Assembly (NCBI GenBank): GCA_051362555.1
Contig: CM120649.1
Coordinates: 5,146,001-5,210,000 of the forward strand
Direction: 5' to 3'
Length of the DNA stretch: 64,000 nt
Source of the DNA: Lingula anatina
Lineage: Eukaryota; Animalia; Brachiopoda
Under the pieces are notes generated by a model. It was not told the DNA's origin. It did no database searches and saw only the letters and a program-made list of their open reading frames with translations. Numbering within the stretch: position 1 is the first letter of the stretch; every line of letters begins with the position of its first letter. Below, piece by piece: positions 40,158-53,410 of this stretch. The translations under genes were made by a program, and so were the position numbers.

Positions 40158-41140
40158 TCTTTACTTTGTTATACCAAAAGAAAGGGTGATTGATTCAGAG
40201 GGAGTAGGAATTGATAAAAACGGACATGTTTATGTCAAATTGACTAGAGAGTTAAACACCGTATAGGCTACCTAGCCCTATATGTTTTAGAACATTCTTT
40301 AAGATGATTTAAAAGTGTTCATATATATTGTCTTTTTTATACCAGTTAATATCAGCTATTCGAATTAAGATTAACTGATTCAACATTCCTTTTTTTATTT
40401 TTGGCCTATCTATTCATTTTGCAAAATGTGAATCTTTAAGTATTTTCTCTTGATAATTTTTGTCAGTCAATTTTAATGAATGTTTGCTACATGTACGTAC
40501 CAACATTGCATAAAACCAAATAAAGAAATCCAATTTTCATACATTTTTTTTCGTATTTTCATGCATAACATTTATAAATATATTTGTTTACGGTATACGT
40601 TTCATGAAAACCGTCTGAATCTCGAAGATGGTGTGAAATGCATTAATAACACAAAACATCGAAGGTTTATATACATAATTCAATTTATACACTTTTGTAC
40701 ACAAAATACGTTGTTTTACCATTGTGATGTGAACAAAGCCATTGAATTTAGGCTATACAACAAACTTTTGTAAAATCGTCACTGATTTTCTACGGACTTC
40801 TCGACACAACCACTTGTATAGTATCACCAATGAACGCACTGTCTTCATTTCCGTATAAAAACATGTTTCTTGGTAATTGTTATATAACAGAGCAGAGAAA
40901 ATAGAGAAATGGAAACTGAATGTACCACAAAGGATTACAGATACAAATATAGCTTAAGCGATCTTTCTTTTTGAGCAGCATTAACGATGCAGTTATTTGT
41001 CCTTCTGTATTGTTTATATGTTAGGCTAGCGCTTCTGAAGCAACGCCCCTCATCCTCCAATTTTATTAATACTTGGATGGCATGCAACAAGATAAGTTTA
41101 GAAAATGATTCAGAAGATTTAAAACTGCTTAAATATAAAC

Positions 41141-41339
41141 CAGGGCCGTAGGCTGGGTGGGTGGTGTGAGCGGGGCGTGCATTCCCCCCCACACCCACCC
41201 CACTCAGAGATATTTGATAAATACGTATTTAGATTTTTTATTATGTTGCTAGCCATTTTCATTCCCAGGCCTCTTACTTTTCGTTCAAAAACTGCCCCCC
41301 TCCCTCCTGAAAAAATCCCCTTTTCTGCTTATGGCCATG
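41141..41339. mobile_element. Degenerate MITE (CAGGGCCGTAGG...CTTATGGCCATG; hAT-like)
   Basis: Imperfect short terminal inverted repeats flank G-rich and C-rich subterminal tracts. Confidence 0.45.
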
Positions 41340-42340
41340 CGAACTCTATATATTTGCCATTACGTCTGCAGTGTATGTATCAGAACGGATCCCGGACAAG
41401 TGAAACATTTTAGTCAAAAAAAAACATACATGTATATTATCACTTTACTTTACCTTAAGAGTCACACAAAAACTAATGACATAAAAGCAAATAAAAACAA
41501 AGAATAAGTAGACACATTGCTGTAAATTGACGTCTTTTATATTATGAAAGCTTCTTGTAGTTAACAATTGCCCATCAAATCTGCATTGGGATTTATTGAA
41601 GCAATGGATAAAAAAATGAACACATAACTTTGTGTGTTCACTTATCTAAAAGTTATCTTTGTTCAGAACAATGAAACTTGCTGTTTTGGACATCTTTAAT
41701 AAGCACAATGGCAAATGGGGGTGGGGGGGGGGGAGAGGGGGCACAGAGGGCACGTGATTCTCTCTTACTTCCGAGCCCACTTCTCCCCTTTCTCCATCCC
41801 CAAAAACTTTATAACGAGAGAGACAACGGAAAAACATGCAAGTTTGATAAACTGTGCATTTGTTTTATACCATTATATTTTTTAAGTCTTTAGCAAATAC
41901 TGGATCAGCTGGGACCAGACCCAGTTAGGAGGGTACACATAGTGACGTCAAGTGACGTCAAAACCGTTGATCAGAAAAACGTCACCATTACACATTATAC
42001 AAAACAGTATCACGACAGCGATGTTGATCAATAGAGCTAAAATGACAATATAAAAACACTTACAGTGACAGTACAAATAGATTTTACTGGGTGGAATACT
42101 CGTATATCGTCTGATATATTTGCAGTAACAAGGTGAGTCTAGCCAAGAAGTATTCACCGCACAGAGGTTCAAAATGCGCCATTAAGTGAAACATGCCACA
42201 AAGAGATATTCAAAGTGCCTCAAAATTGAGTTCCTAGTTAAACAATTTGGTCGTTTCATGAAAAGTTTTGGACCTGGTTCCGATTTTAGAAATCCCAAAC
42301 ATGATTTCACTCCACCAGTATTAATAATTTACCACAGATG

Positions 42341-42505
42341 ACCCTGTGATCATCATCTCACGTGATCACTATCTCACGTGATCATTGTTTCACGTGATCG
42401 CTATCACACTACGGTCGTCGGATGAACGTTGTTAGAAAGTTCCAGCTCAAGTGATCACTATCACACTACGGTTGTCGGATGAACGTGATTAGAAAGTTCC
42501 TGCTT
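42341..42505 (-). repeat. 57-bp tandem duplication of the neuroligin C-terminal coding end, plus a ~16-bp TCACGTGATC tandem array
   Basis: 42401-42445 is nearly identical to 42458-42502. TCACGTGATC occurs three times between 42358 and 42399. Confidence 0.9.
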
Positions 42506-45500
42506 TGGGGACGTAAACGATTTCATCATTGTCTGTTTGGGATCTCCATTTGGTATGTTTTGTGGACTGTTTATATTATGATTCCTTGGTGACAAACCAC
42601 CATGTTGTTTGGGAGTTTGCTTCACGGGCGTGTTGCTATGCAACGTACCGCTTTCGTCATCCTCATCGTCATCGTCATCGGAGGAGCTAAGTTTATGTAA
42701 ATGCGCAAACCTACATGTTGGCGCGTGAGCATTTGGTGGAATCATGTGTGGAATTGTCACTTTGGTAAGGTTATCTGGGTGCATTTGATGCTGAGTGTAT
42801 CTATGGGGAGGGGTAGGAAGAGGCGTGCTTCCTTTGGAGTCTATTTCCATGTCCTGCGCGCTGTTCTTAGCATTCTGTAAATGTTCCGAGTGGACGTTTA
42901 ACAAGTCCTTCTGAAGTTCCAGCTCCTGGATACGAAATTTCTCCTCTCGGTGCATTTTCCGCCTCTGATAACACGTCACTATAAGTACGATCAAATTCAG
43001 GAATAACAGTGAGCCCCCCACGGCCACAATGATCCCCATTGGGTAGGGCATAGTTTGTGCCCCTGTTGCCGCTGCAGTGCTGTTCTTTGGTTTGCCAGAT
43101 CCAAGAGAACCACCGCCCCCTGTAGGACCAAGTTTCGGGTACAGGGACGGTTTCGGTGTGACCTTTGGTGTTTCCACGGCTGGTGAAGCAATGCCGGTTT
43201 TCTTTGGAGAGACGAGCGTTGTTGTCGCTGGAGGGGTCGGTGGACTCGGTGGCGGCGGGAAAGTGAACCCCAGCGGCCGCGTGTCTTGTTCGAAGGTCTC
43301 GTTTCTATCATAATTATCGAGAAGATGATAGACAGGGTCGAGGTCGTCGGAATTGTGTATTTTGGGAATAAGTTCCAACCAAAGAGCCATCTTGGCGCCT
43401 TTGTAATGGGTACGTATTCTCGGGCGCATAGCTGGAATGCATCAAAGTGTACGGTGACAGTGTAGTTAGTTAGAAATTGCACAATATTGCCTAGCGCTTG
43501 GAACATTTTATTTAGCACAAATCGACAGTGATTGATATTGACCTTTATAAATTAGATTTAAAATACTAAGATAAAAGTGTACATATACGCTGTATATTTT
43601 ATTACCACTAGAAAGACTTATTATCAAAACTTGCATCTTAAAGAGAATTACTTTTTAAAGTTTATAAAGACTGTAAAAGTTCTATGGGACTGGTATACAG
43701 TTACTAAAAAATATGTTTTTGAAAATGAAAATCTCACCCACCGATACACTCAAACAAAAAGTGTTCGACATACAATAAATAAAAATGGGTTATTTCAGAA
43801 TAATATGAGAAATGTTACTTATATAGATACGAAAATAAACTTAAAGATAGAACGTGTTATCTGTAACAAAAAAAAAAAATGTACGGCCACGTGATATGAC
43901 CATGTGACCTGGACACATGATCTAGTCTCATGGTATGGCGCGCAATTTTCAACAACATGCGGCCTTGTTGAATGCTTCTGTCTTAACAAATCTTACCAAA
44001 TTCTATGTACCGCTCGGTTGCATCGTAAGGAACCCAAATCTCATTTGAGTAACGTTTTCCTTTCCGTCGGTTCTGGAGATCAGGTGACCAAGTTGAACTT
44101 TGAACTCCAGAGTCGTTTGGGTTCCTGGGAGAGGGAGATAAAACTGTTACGTAACACACACACACACGTTGAATAAGTATGTCAACACAACACACAAGAT
44201 TTTAAAAAAACTTGGTTAACTCAGCTGCGGTGACTGAAAGCAAGTCTGGCCAAATGTTCAACGTTATTGGAAATATTTTTAGGGCCGTTAGCAAGGGGGT
44301 ATGGAGGTTTCGACAGAACCGCTTTTGTGGCCGGAAAAGGCCATTCTGAATCAAATTAGGATCAAGGTTCTTTGTCATGAGGGGAAAGTGTCCAACTTTA
44401 CTAGAAACAAAAACCAGAGTTGCTGGATGCTGGTCTGGCTTTACAAAAGCTGCATTCAGATAACGACGGCCGTCTAACTTGTCAGAAGAAACATCTCTAT
44501 AACTCGGTCGTGGTATAAAGCAAATTAGTTCATGCATTATGGTCAAACACTTTGCTTTGGGCTGGCGAATTTCCAAAAATTCGATGAAAAAATGTTACTA
44601 TAACACCAAGTGGGTTGTTTCACTCTCCATCTCACCTTTTGATAAGACTTCATAAAATTGACAGATTGCTGAATAATTTCAGGTTTTATTTAGATGTTTG
44701 GGTATTTCTGATTTTGCTTCCGTTGAACATTTGTCATTGCACATGAAAAGCTTGCTGCTTCGCATTATGTTGCAATTCAGGAAAATGAACGACATAGGTT
44801 GGGGTTAATGTTAGTTCACAGACTTTGATACCAAATGAAGCTAAGTATCCGCTGAAAAAGACACACACAATAAGCACAAGGGTAAGTTGCACGTGGTTTA
44901 CCTATACGCAAAGAAAGTAGGTTGGACGGATGAAACGGCAGCCATTTTAGTCCCGTGAAACGATTCGGCATTTCCGGACCTCCGTGAACAGAGGTTTGCG
45001 GGAGGGGCTGGTTTGGGTGGCTAGGTAACAAATGAGATTGATAAGTGCAAACGTAGCAACAACCAACAATGCATGCAATGCTGATCAACGGTGCTGAACA
45101 AACCAAATACAGTGCTGACATCTATACGTTTTATACACATTGGATAGCAGGTTCAGTTTCACAGAGGTCTTGAGTGGAAAAAGGGTTTACACAGCTAACG
45201 TTTACTTTTGTCTAAGAAAATATATGGAAGTAGCTCACTGGATAAGGTGAGTGTGGATATTTTTCCCGTTTTACAAAATTTGTATTAAATTAAGAATATA
45301 TGCGGATTAACACAATATGGATAGGCCTAATTGGTCTTTGCAAAGGTAGGGAAATGGTTATGGTTTAGCCAACCTTATATTGTGTCCACTCCCGTTGTAT
45401 CCTATATATCTGATTTAATCCCGTCTCCTGTATCCAATAATTTCGTATACTGTACATGTACACATTTTGTGCCATATTTTTAAATGCCACATCAAACAGC

Positions 45501-48500
45501 TGATTGCAAAGAATTTACCTGTGTACACACAAAGTGGACAGAACATACACGTAATGGTATTAATACGTTCCACATTCGCAGACAAATTAATTTTTTGATA
45601 AAAGAAACATATTTAGTATTAACTGGCTTTTGGTTGTTGTTCTAAGCTGCAGAAAGCATTGTGGATTGTTTTCCAGATTGAAAGAAACATCTCACATACA
45701 CAGTATTATTACTTCTTCTCTTTGACATGCAATATGGTGTCTGTGTAGAGTAAGTGCGCGTCAATGTTTCGAAACTGACAAAATAAGTTTGAAACTTGCT
45801 ACAACTATCCACAATGCTAAACAGGGAAAGCAGCCACCAACGTAGTAAACTGACAACACATTAACAACGCAGCGAAAATGCATTTAGTTCCGTGTCACAA
45901 CTAACACAATGGCATTTAGTTCCGTGTCACACCTAACACAATGGCATTTAGTTCCCTGTCACAACTAACACAAAGGCATTCACTTCCGTGTCACACTTTA
46001 CACAGTGACGTAGGCCTAAAATATCCGCCACTCAAAAATGTGTGCTTGTATACATTGGCAGCATTAATGTAAAGGGTCAATCAAAAACATTTGCCCACTA
46101 TGGCTTTTGACTGAGAAAGTAGGATGTCCAATTTCCTATTGACATTTGTGGGCTTTCGTAGCATTTAATTGCACAACGAATGAAGTAAAAACATGATTCA
46201 ATCAAATTGTTCCAAAAGTTTAGACTCTAAATTAATAAATAAACCGAAATTGCATTTAGAAAAGGGTAGGCCTAAATTCTATTCATTTACACTTTTGAAT
46301 CAAAATAATGAAAAACATAACAAATTCATTTTTCGATTACATGTAGGGGTGGTGACCCAGTGATTATGTCATATGATTTAGTTCTCATATTTACCCGGTT
46401 TTTGCGAAGTTGGTCCAATATCTCATGACAGCCTCACTTAACATGCGGTCTTGTCTGCCGTAAGAATCAGCGAATGGTTCAACACCGTTAGCCACGGGCG
46501 CACCAAAGATGTACAGCAACTCGTCTCCATGAACGCTATTAGCCCACCTTCTCGTAGATCCCTCCAGGCGTACTGTTGGGTAATTAAACGTATAAAAGTA
46601 TGTATTCCTGTTCAAACCCGCGTGGCGTTTAGCAAAGTCAATAGTAGGGGCGACGAATTGACCGTCGCCAAGGAGTTCCATCGTATTGTCTCGTCTTATT
46701 TCGTTATCTTCCGGCCGATCCCAGTCGGAATACTGGTGCAGGAGAATGTCGTAAATTTTCTGTTTGTGGTAGTCGTAAACGTTGCGGACATACGTGCGCA
46801 CGATCTTCATCTGTGTTAATTCCGTGATGCCCTTCTCGAACTGGTTCTGGTCACAGAAAACAAGACCTTCGTTCTTGACCACGCCCGTCAGCAAATCGAT
46901 CTGAGATAACCTACAGAAAACAAGAAAAAGTTTAAGGCAAAAGCGTTGTTTTTACCTTAATTTTGGTTTTTATTTCCAGTTGAGGTACTATAGAGCCCCC
47001 TCAAAATGTTGCTTTGTATATTTCCCGTTTGGCGCACTTTTGAAATATTTTACGATGCTTTCTGTTTTTCACAACGTTGTTTAACATCTGATTGGAAGGG
47101 TCACCCATATTCTCAAATAGGCGCAATTGTATAAAATATGAGTATTTACGGTCTTTTCAAACCAAACCTGTTCTTACTATGGTTGACTGCCAAAAGTGTA
47201 AACCAGATACACAGTTAGACTTTTTTTACTGTAAACGACATATCAACAAGCGTCTAAAAAACAGAAACTGTCCCCATATTCTATAGCCTACCCTCTGTTA
47301 TTGGTCATCAAATCCTCCACACTCGACGGCAAGATGGCCATTCCGTCCACAACGGGACCAAAACTGGTGAAGTATTTATGCGCCGGCATTTCGGCCTCCA
47401 GAAGCTCCTCTACCGGCGTGTTCTTCAGACAGGCAACCAGCTCCGCAGAGTTCTGGACGGCGTGGGAACAGTTCACTCTCTCCGCCAACTTCAGGGTGTA
47501 ATGGAAGGGGTGCCGGGACAGCCCCCACGTGCTGAGAGCGGAGCCGCTTAGAGTGATGGCTCTTTGGAACAACGGTTTACCTAGAAAATAAACCAGTAAT
47601 ATTGCGCCTGTGTATGTCTTTAAATATATAGCTTTGATACAGTTATCGTGAACAATTTACCTTCAATATATAGGGATGGAAAAATTGCTTGTTTTCGTCC
47701 CATGTCAATTGTAATGACGTTTTATGTGAGGGAGATTGGAACGATGTAGGAACAATAATGTACCACCAAACCTTTGGGAACAGACAGCACGTGCCTGATT
47801 TGCACCCTTGGATCCGCCATTGGAATTTGCCCTATGTAAAATAACAGCACCTATATGTACGTTGTGAGGTTTGCCTTTTAGATTAATGGATTCGGAGAGA
47901 CATGAGAAACTTTTCCAAGGTACATATATGTATTGGCTGTGTAGGGGTAATGATTGCACCGAAATAACTAGCAGCACAACTAGCACAATCTCAGTCTCTC
48001 CACATATGATTTGCATAAGTGAGAAGTAGTCCACGTGACCTGCTAGCCTTTTCTGTGTTGAATTTCGCAGGCATTTGAAAGAAGTGAGACAGGCAGGACC
48101 TTAACTTAGGAGACCTTAGAAGACAGCAAAGAAGTAAGCATATGACATTTATGTTATTGTTTAAAAGTAATATGTTATTCACACTTTATTGTTACGTATA
48201 ATAAGTGTATGTTTAAAATTAGAAAATGTACTGTAGTTGCTACTACTAGTAGTACTAGTAAGTGTTTGGTATCACAATAGTGATACAATACTAGTGTTAG
48301 AAATATCATATGTAAGGGAAACGTGACTTATTCTACATCACCATTTTTATTTCACTTAATTTCATTTAGGTTTTAACACTTAAAGTGAATGAGACAGATC
48401 ATGAGTGTACAAATCCAAGTTATTAAAGAAATAGGGAGTTTATGGTAAGTTTGTTATAACAATGTATAACTGCTTTGTTGGATATTCATGTTCCTAATGG

Positions 48501-50181
48501 GCTTAGTCGTGAGTAGAGCTGACTGAATGTGCTATCAAAAAAAAAAAAAAGCTTTCAGATTTATGAAATGACAAATATGTAGCTTTGTGTTAATGGGGAA
48601 CTGACTGCCTTTAATTAACAGTGTTTAAAAATTCTATAATAATATGTTAATTTGGTTTGATGAGATTGTTTAATGAGGTATTTATTATTTATTTATTTAT
48701 TATTGTTATATGTTTTCCTTTTAGTTTCACGGTTGTTTGAAAGAAATAATAAAGAATACAGTGCGTTCAACACAAATGTGGAATAGTATACCCGATCAAG
48801 TTGTCACTGCTAAAAGTCTCAACTTATTTAAGAATAGATTAGATAGGTGGTGGGATGAACATGAACTCAATTATGATGAGTACAGGTCCGAAATTAACAT
48901 CATCGGAAGTCACAAGTTAGTTTCAGAGGAGGAGTCCGATAAAGTAAGAAACTGCATCGGAAATCAACGCTAAGTAAAGTAAGTAAGACAGGACAACCCG
49001 TCAGCATTCCCTTTTTGTTAAAATTGCTATATTGCTAACTAATATATCTCTGAGGTATAGTATTGCTTTGGCATTAACTTGAGTTATCCTGTATCACGTG
49101 AAACTTTTTAGCTGTAGTTGTCAACTCTTTGAAATGTAAACCAATAAAAATATATATGATAACTGCAGCTGCCCTTTATAATCTGCATTCAACAATTTGA
49201 ATAATACTTCGACAAAACTTTACAAATTAAAAAAAAAAATACAAGATTTTGGAAAAAAAATGTAAACAATTTGTATACGCACCTTGTAAACGCGAGACAG
49301 GAGACACCATAAGTATGTTTATCAAAGCAGCACCGTAGCCGTGACCAAACAACGTCACCCTCTGCGCGTCTCCGCCGAACGGTTCGATATTGTTCTTGAT
49401 CCACACAAGTGCCGCTTGGATGTCCCAGATTGCGTAGTTCCCCGGCGCCTCTGCGTCGCCGCTGCTTAGAAAGCCTAAGGTATAGACCACAGTTAAAGGT
49501 TAAGCTAAGAAAATGCTGAAACGCTATCAAAAGTGAAGTAGGCGAATTATTATCTGCATACATTATTTGGTTAAAACAGTAAAAGGTTAAAGGTAATGTT
49601 GACAAATTGAACGAAAGTTAAAGTTTAGTGAATTACTGGAGTGAAACATTTCAGTGATAAGAATATCGATTGCCTTCTGCTACGTTAAAGAATTTACTTA
49701 AGTTTCATTTCTCTGTTAAAACTGCGCACTGTCACTGTTTGTCGGTCAGCTGCAAAACTTTTTTATTGCGTCGACCTCTTTTGCTAAGGAAAACCTCCTC
49801 AATGATCGTACAATTCTGTTTCCTTTCATTTATTTCATTTATTTCTTTATAGCAAACCATTCACATTTTCATCTTCACTAAATATTGCGCAGTACGGTTT
49901 ATTAAAATAGCCATTCCCCTTGTATTCAGTCACAAAAAATCGGTCATAAAAACGTTACACAGTCAAGTAGAATTAAAAAAAGACGATACAATAGCGCATC
50001 TAGGCACAAATGATTATTTCAGTCCACTCACCTAATATTCCCAGTCTGAAGTTCAGCGTTATAACAATCACCCCGCCGTAACTAGCCAACACACTGCCGT
50101 CATAGGCGTTGCCGCTACCCACGCTGTACGAGTCCCCGTGGATGTAAACCATTACCGGCAGTGGGGTGGTGTCGTTTTTGA
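42461..50181 (-). CDS. NLGN: Neuroligin (catalytically inactive cholinesterase-like adhesion protein), 3' exons; 5' coding exon(s) beyond the right edge
   Basis: Exons 50032-50181, 49283-49474, 47292-47580, 46395-46910, [44902-45020 or 43997-44124], 42461-43431. Motifs: [52 protein letters not shown]; nucleophile elbow FGHGYGA with no catalytic Ser; [49 protein letters not shown]; Pro/Thr stalk; [26 protein letters not shown]; PDZ ligand HPTTVV*. Confidence 0.93.
43997..44124 (-). CDS. NLGN: Neuroligin mutually exclusive exon A (128 nt, phase 2->1)
   Basis: tctccctctcccag|G AAC CCA AAC...GAA TTT G|gtaaga; encodes [42 protein letters not shown]. Confidence 0.85.
44902..45020 (-). CDS. NLGN: Neuroligin mutually exclusive exon B (119 nt, phase 2->1)
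   Basis: tttgttacctag|C CAC CCA AAC CAG...CGT ATA G|gtaaac; encodes [39 protein letters not shown], similar to the vertebrate NLGN DPNQPVPQ..PNRFEEVAW segment. Confidence 0.85.
45880..46007. repeat. 32-bp minisatellite x4 (GCATTTAGTTCCGTGTCACAACTAACACAATG)
   Basis: Four adjacent units without spacers; the last is degenerate. Confidence 0.9.
48750..48987 (+). mobile_element. 3' fragment of a CR1-clade LINE
   Basis: Translates to [30 protein letters not shown], the WNxLP..VV.A.S...FK.RLD C-terminal signature of CR1/L2 ORF2. A short 3'UTR and a (TAAG)n-like tail follow at 48971-48987. Confidence 0.75.
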
Positions 50182-51287
50182 CTACAATTCAAAGAAATAA
50201 CAATGCTCATTGATGGTGTAAGCGTACGGTACCATAAACGTAACGTAAAAAAAAACATTTAAAATGGTTGAATTCAACATGTACGGTTAAGCGGCCGTTT
50301 AGCGAAATGTTTTATCGAAGTTAACGGATTTGATTTTGTAACTTTTACACGTAAATAGTGGTTGCTGTTACAGCAAATTGCACCAGGTGAGATTGAGTTG
50401 GGTGGGATTTGGGCGCAATCCGAGTGCAAGGATATTGCATTTTACTGCGATGATTTGCATTAGATGTAATTCTCCACAGGCTTGCCACAGAAAATTGCCT
50501 GACAAATCCAAGTCAAATGATGCGTTTCATCGTTTCACTTATTTAATGATTTCGAAGACAATCTCCAAATTAAGCATGACGAATGTTTTAATGTGAATAA
50601 AATGATGTAACACGGGTGTGAAATAAACTGCAGTGCTCCGTAACGGCTGCAATAATCGATCCGACTACTAGATATCGTTATGTATTAAAGTGAATACACA
50701 AAGACGAAGAAAACAAGAATCAAAAAAGAGTTCAAAGCGCAATGGAGCGCATTTTTATATACTTGATTACACACCAACGCACGTCAACACTAGAATTACA
50801 TAAAATCTCTCTCCTTTCTCCGAAATTGATTAGTCAAATTTATATGAATCTTTAATCTCTCACCATCTGACAGGAATCCCAGAGCTCGGCAGTTCTTCTG
50901 CCAGTCAATTAATCTAATAATGCGTTTTATCATAAATGTTTTATTTAACTGCCAGTCAGTTACCGACAAGTAAATCCTTTTAGCGGTAATGAATTAAATT
51001 CTATATATCCGAGATTGACAGCCATTTTTTCAAACTGACCTCCTTGCCCTTATTTTGCTACTAAAAGTATCGGCTAAAGGCATTGTCATGTTAAATGTTT
51101 TAAAGATACGTCTCATGAGGACTTTGTTCCGTTATAGAAATAACTGCTGCTTGATAGCTTTCTGTCATCGGGAATTTATGATGATAGGAGATACTCAAGG
51201 AAATGTGGACATTCAACATTACCTTTGCTTTCACCAGTTTAGCTAATTAAGGATGATTGATGTGCCCTGTGCCTATTTAAATATTAT

Positions 51288-51291
<4 letters not shown>

Positions 51292-51326
<35 letters not shown>
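51292..51326. repeat. (GA)n microsatellite; a (CU)n tract in neuroligin pre-mRNA directly after a GTAAGT donor-like site
   Basis: Read directly. Confidence 0.9.
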
Positions 51327-51331
<5 letters not shown>

Positions 51332-51429
51332 GTCCCATTCCCATGGACACCAGCGGTCTGTGGGACACTCGCCGACTGCAATCAGCTTAACTGACTTACA
51401 CGCCTCCTCCTGGCGTAGAGTACAAAAAC
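51332..51429 (-). other. Candidate neuroligin microexon module (10 nt 51400-51409, 26 nt 51332-51357, or 30 nt 51400-51429)
   Basis: Two GTAAGT donors (51399-51394 and 51331-51326). Acceptors tttttgtactctacgccag, tgtcccacag and aatcaccag. GC-rich island inside an AT-rich intron. Confidence 0.4.
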
Positions 51430-53157
51430 CTGGTGATTATATGTGATTATATGTTTAACTAGAGGAGATGTGTCATTCAGTTAAGTTGATTGGACTAACC
51501 GCGAATTTGGGTCGATCCACGTACACCGATTATGTCTATGGGAATGGTGTCTTAGAAGGTGTACTTTTCTTTTCGTTAGGTGAACATTCTAGCAGAACTC
51601 CCTACTGCACGATAGGAATAAATAATCATCGCGTGCCATTTGGTACATCAACCGTGTATTTATCCTGTACCTAGTGTGACTAGACATTCCTGTCTCGTGT
51701 GACTGTGAGCGAAACTAAATATACATACTGGACTGACTCCACTTATATATTATTTAAACAGTAGGGGTGAAACAACTTTTGATGAACTCGTGCACTCAGT
51801 ACTGGCCACCAAGAAAAAAAATTAGAAATAAATTTAATTCAAGTCTGAACAGTTTGAACATTTTTTTCATCGAATTCTGCGATAACTTTAACAACGGTAG
51901 CGAAAGAGCGTTGCCAAGGAGCTCTTGTATTCAACATAGAGTTAAATGATGTGTATAATTTATCGTACACAATATTATATCAACGCTACTTTTCGAAAAG
52001 AATTTCTTTGAAAAATAAAGACAAATTTGTTAAATTTCTTCGAGCATCTATAACATATTCAAGGTTCTCAGTTCTGCTTCGTATGAGAAAGTAAAATTGT
52101 AAATAGATCGAACGCCTTTCTATTGAGATAAACTATTCAAAACGTGAAGCTTAATCCCATTTGGGAAAATTCTGAAACATGGAAAATTATAAGTCTGTAT
52201 ATAGTCCAACTCTCACACTGTCTTCATACACCATACTGTATTTTATTATTTTCGTTGTCACTCAATAACGTGTAGAAACGATAACTTGTAAATTATTTAA
52301 TACGATGCCATTCAATCAATCCTTGCCATTCAATCTCGTACAGGACGCTGTGTTTGTCTTAACGCCTTCCGTGTCTATACCAAAGAGAGCAACCTTGATT
52401 AAATGTCAGCCTTGCCGCCAACCAGACGGTGAAACAAATACCCAGTTATTTACATTCTTTATTTTTTTCGTCTACGCCTTTCTTTTTTTTAAGATCGGAA
52501 TGCAAGTAAACCAATGCGGTTTATTCAAAAACGCAAGAAAGGGAAACAATACAGATTGTGGAAGATCCCAGTAGTTTTTCAGCTGCGCGTGTTTATATAA
52601 TAATCTAACGATTTTTCCTTTTCACGAGATGGGCTGTTAGTTCCAAAGTGCCTCCGGCCCTTGTAATGTTATCGCCGAAAGTACCTAGGGGGTCGAGATG
52701 TTCTCACCATTCCCCTCCTCCTTGTAAACTCGCGCAAACATGCTCAGAGCTATAGAAAAGTACGCTTAATTAAGCAATTGATTAATATATTTCCCGTTGC
52801 GGTCTAATTAAGATGTGTCACATCATGGGGACGCTGATGAGGTCGTTAATAACTGATGGGGAGCCACGCTGATTTCTGGGAGAGTGAATGGGTGATATGC
52901 CTGTGATTGTGCCTATAATTGAACCTGACACATAAGGTTAAAATCAATTAATTATTGTTTAGTTACGGGCAAACTGACTAATTTCCAGTCGATTTTGTAA
53001 GGGAAAATATCTGCAGTGCCATGTAGTGTTATGAGTAGAAATGGGTTTTTGGTTTCCATAAAGCAGTTGGGCATCAAAATTAGTGGTTAATATGTCACTG
53101 ACGCTATAAGTATTTTAAGTTTTTCTTAAAAGCCATAATAACAGAATTACCTTGCCC

Positions 53158-53158
<1 letters not shown>

Positions 53159-53239
<81 letters not shown>
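53159..53239. repeat. (TA)n microsatellite, about 80 bp
   Basis: Read directly. Confidence 0.95.
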
Positions 53240-53241
<2 letters not shown>

Positions 53242-53410
53242 CTGTGAGCATAAATTGAAACACTTTTATCTAAGTATGAGATCAGATTTAAAATACCACA
53301 AACAGTATTATCAGAATGAGATGATTCATTTGTCATTATACAGTATATCGAGGAGCATCTAAAAGTGAGACATTTATGGCTTTTAGCACTTCACAATTTC
53401 ATTCGGTTTC

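Noticed and set aside
39997-40266. Poly-Leu 'membrane protein' ORF, and similar poly-Tyr, YI and ER ORFs elsewhere
   Set aside because: These are translations of microsatellites.
45880-46007. 32-bp repeats resembling a CRISPR array in unit length
   Set aside because: The units are directly adjacent with no unique spacers, there are no cas genes, and the context is a eukaryotic intron; this is a minisatellite.
43890-46390. Docking-site/selector pairing for the mutually exclusive exon cluster (similar ATGAT(C/T)TAGT(T)CTCAT motifs at about 43917 and 46373)
   Set aside because: The motifs are direct rather than complementary, and no convincing shared partner longer than about 8 bp was found by eye near the exons; a computational search is needed.
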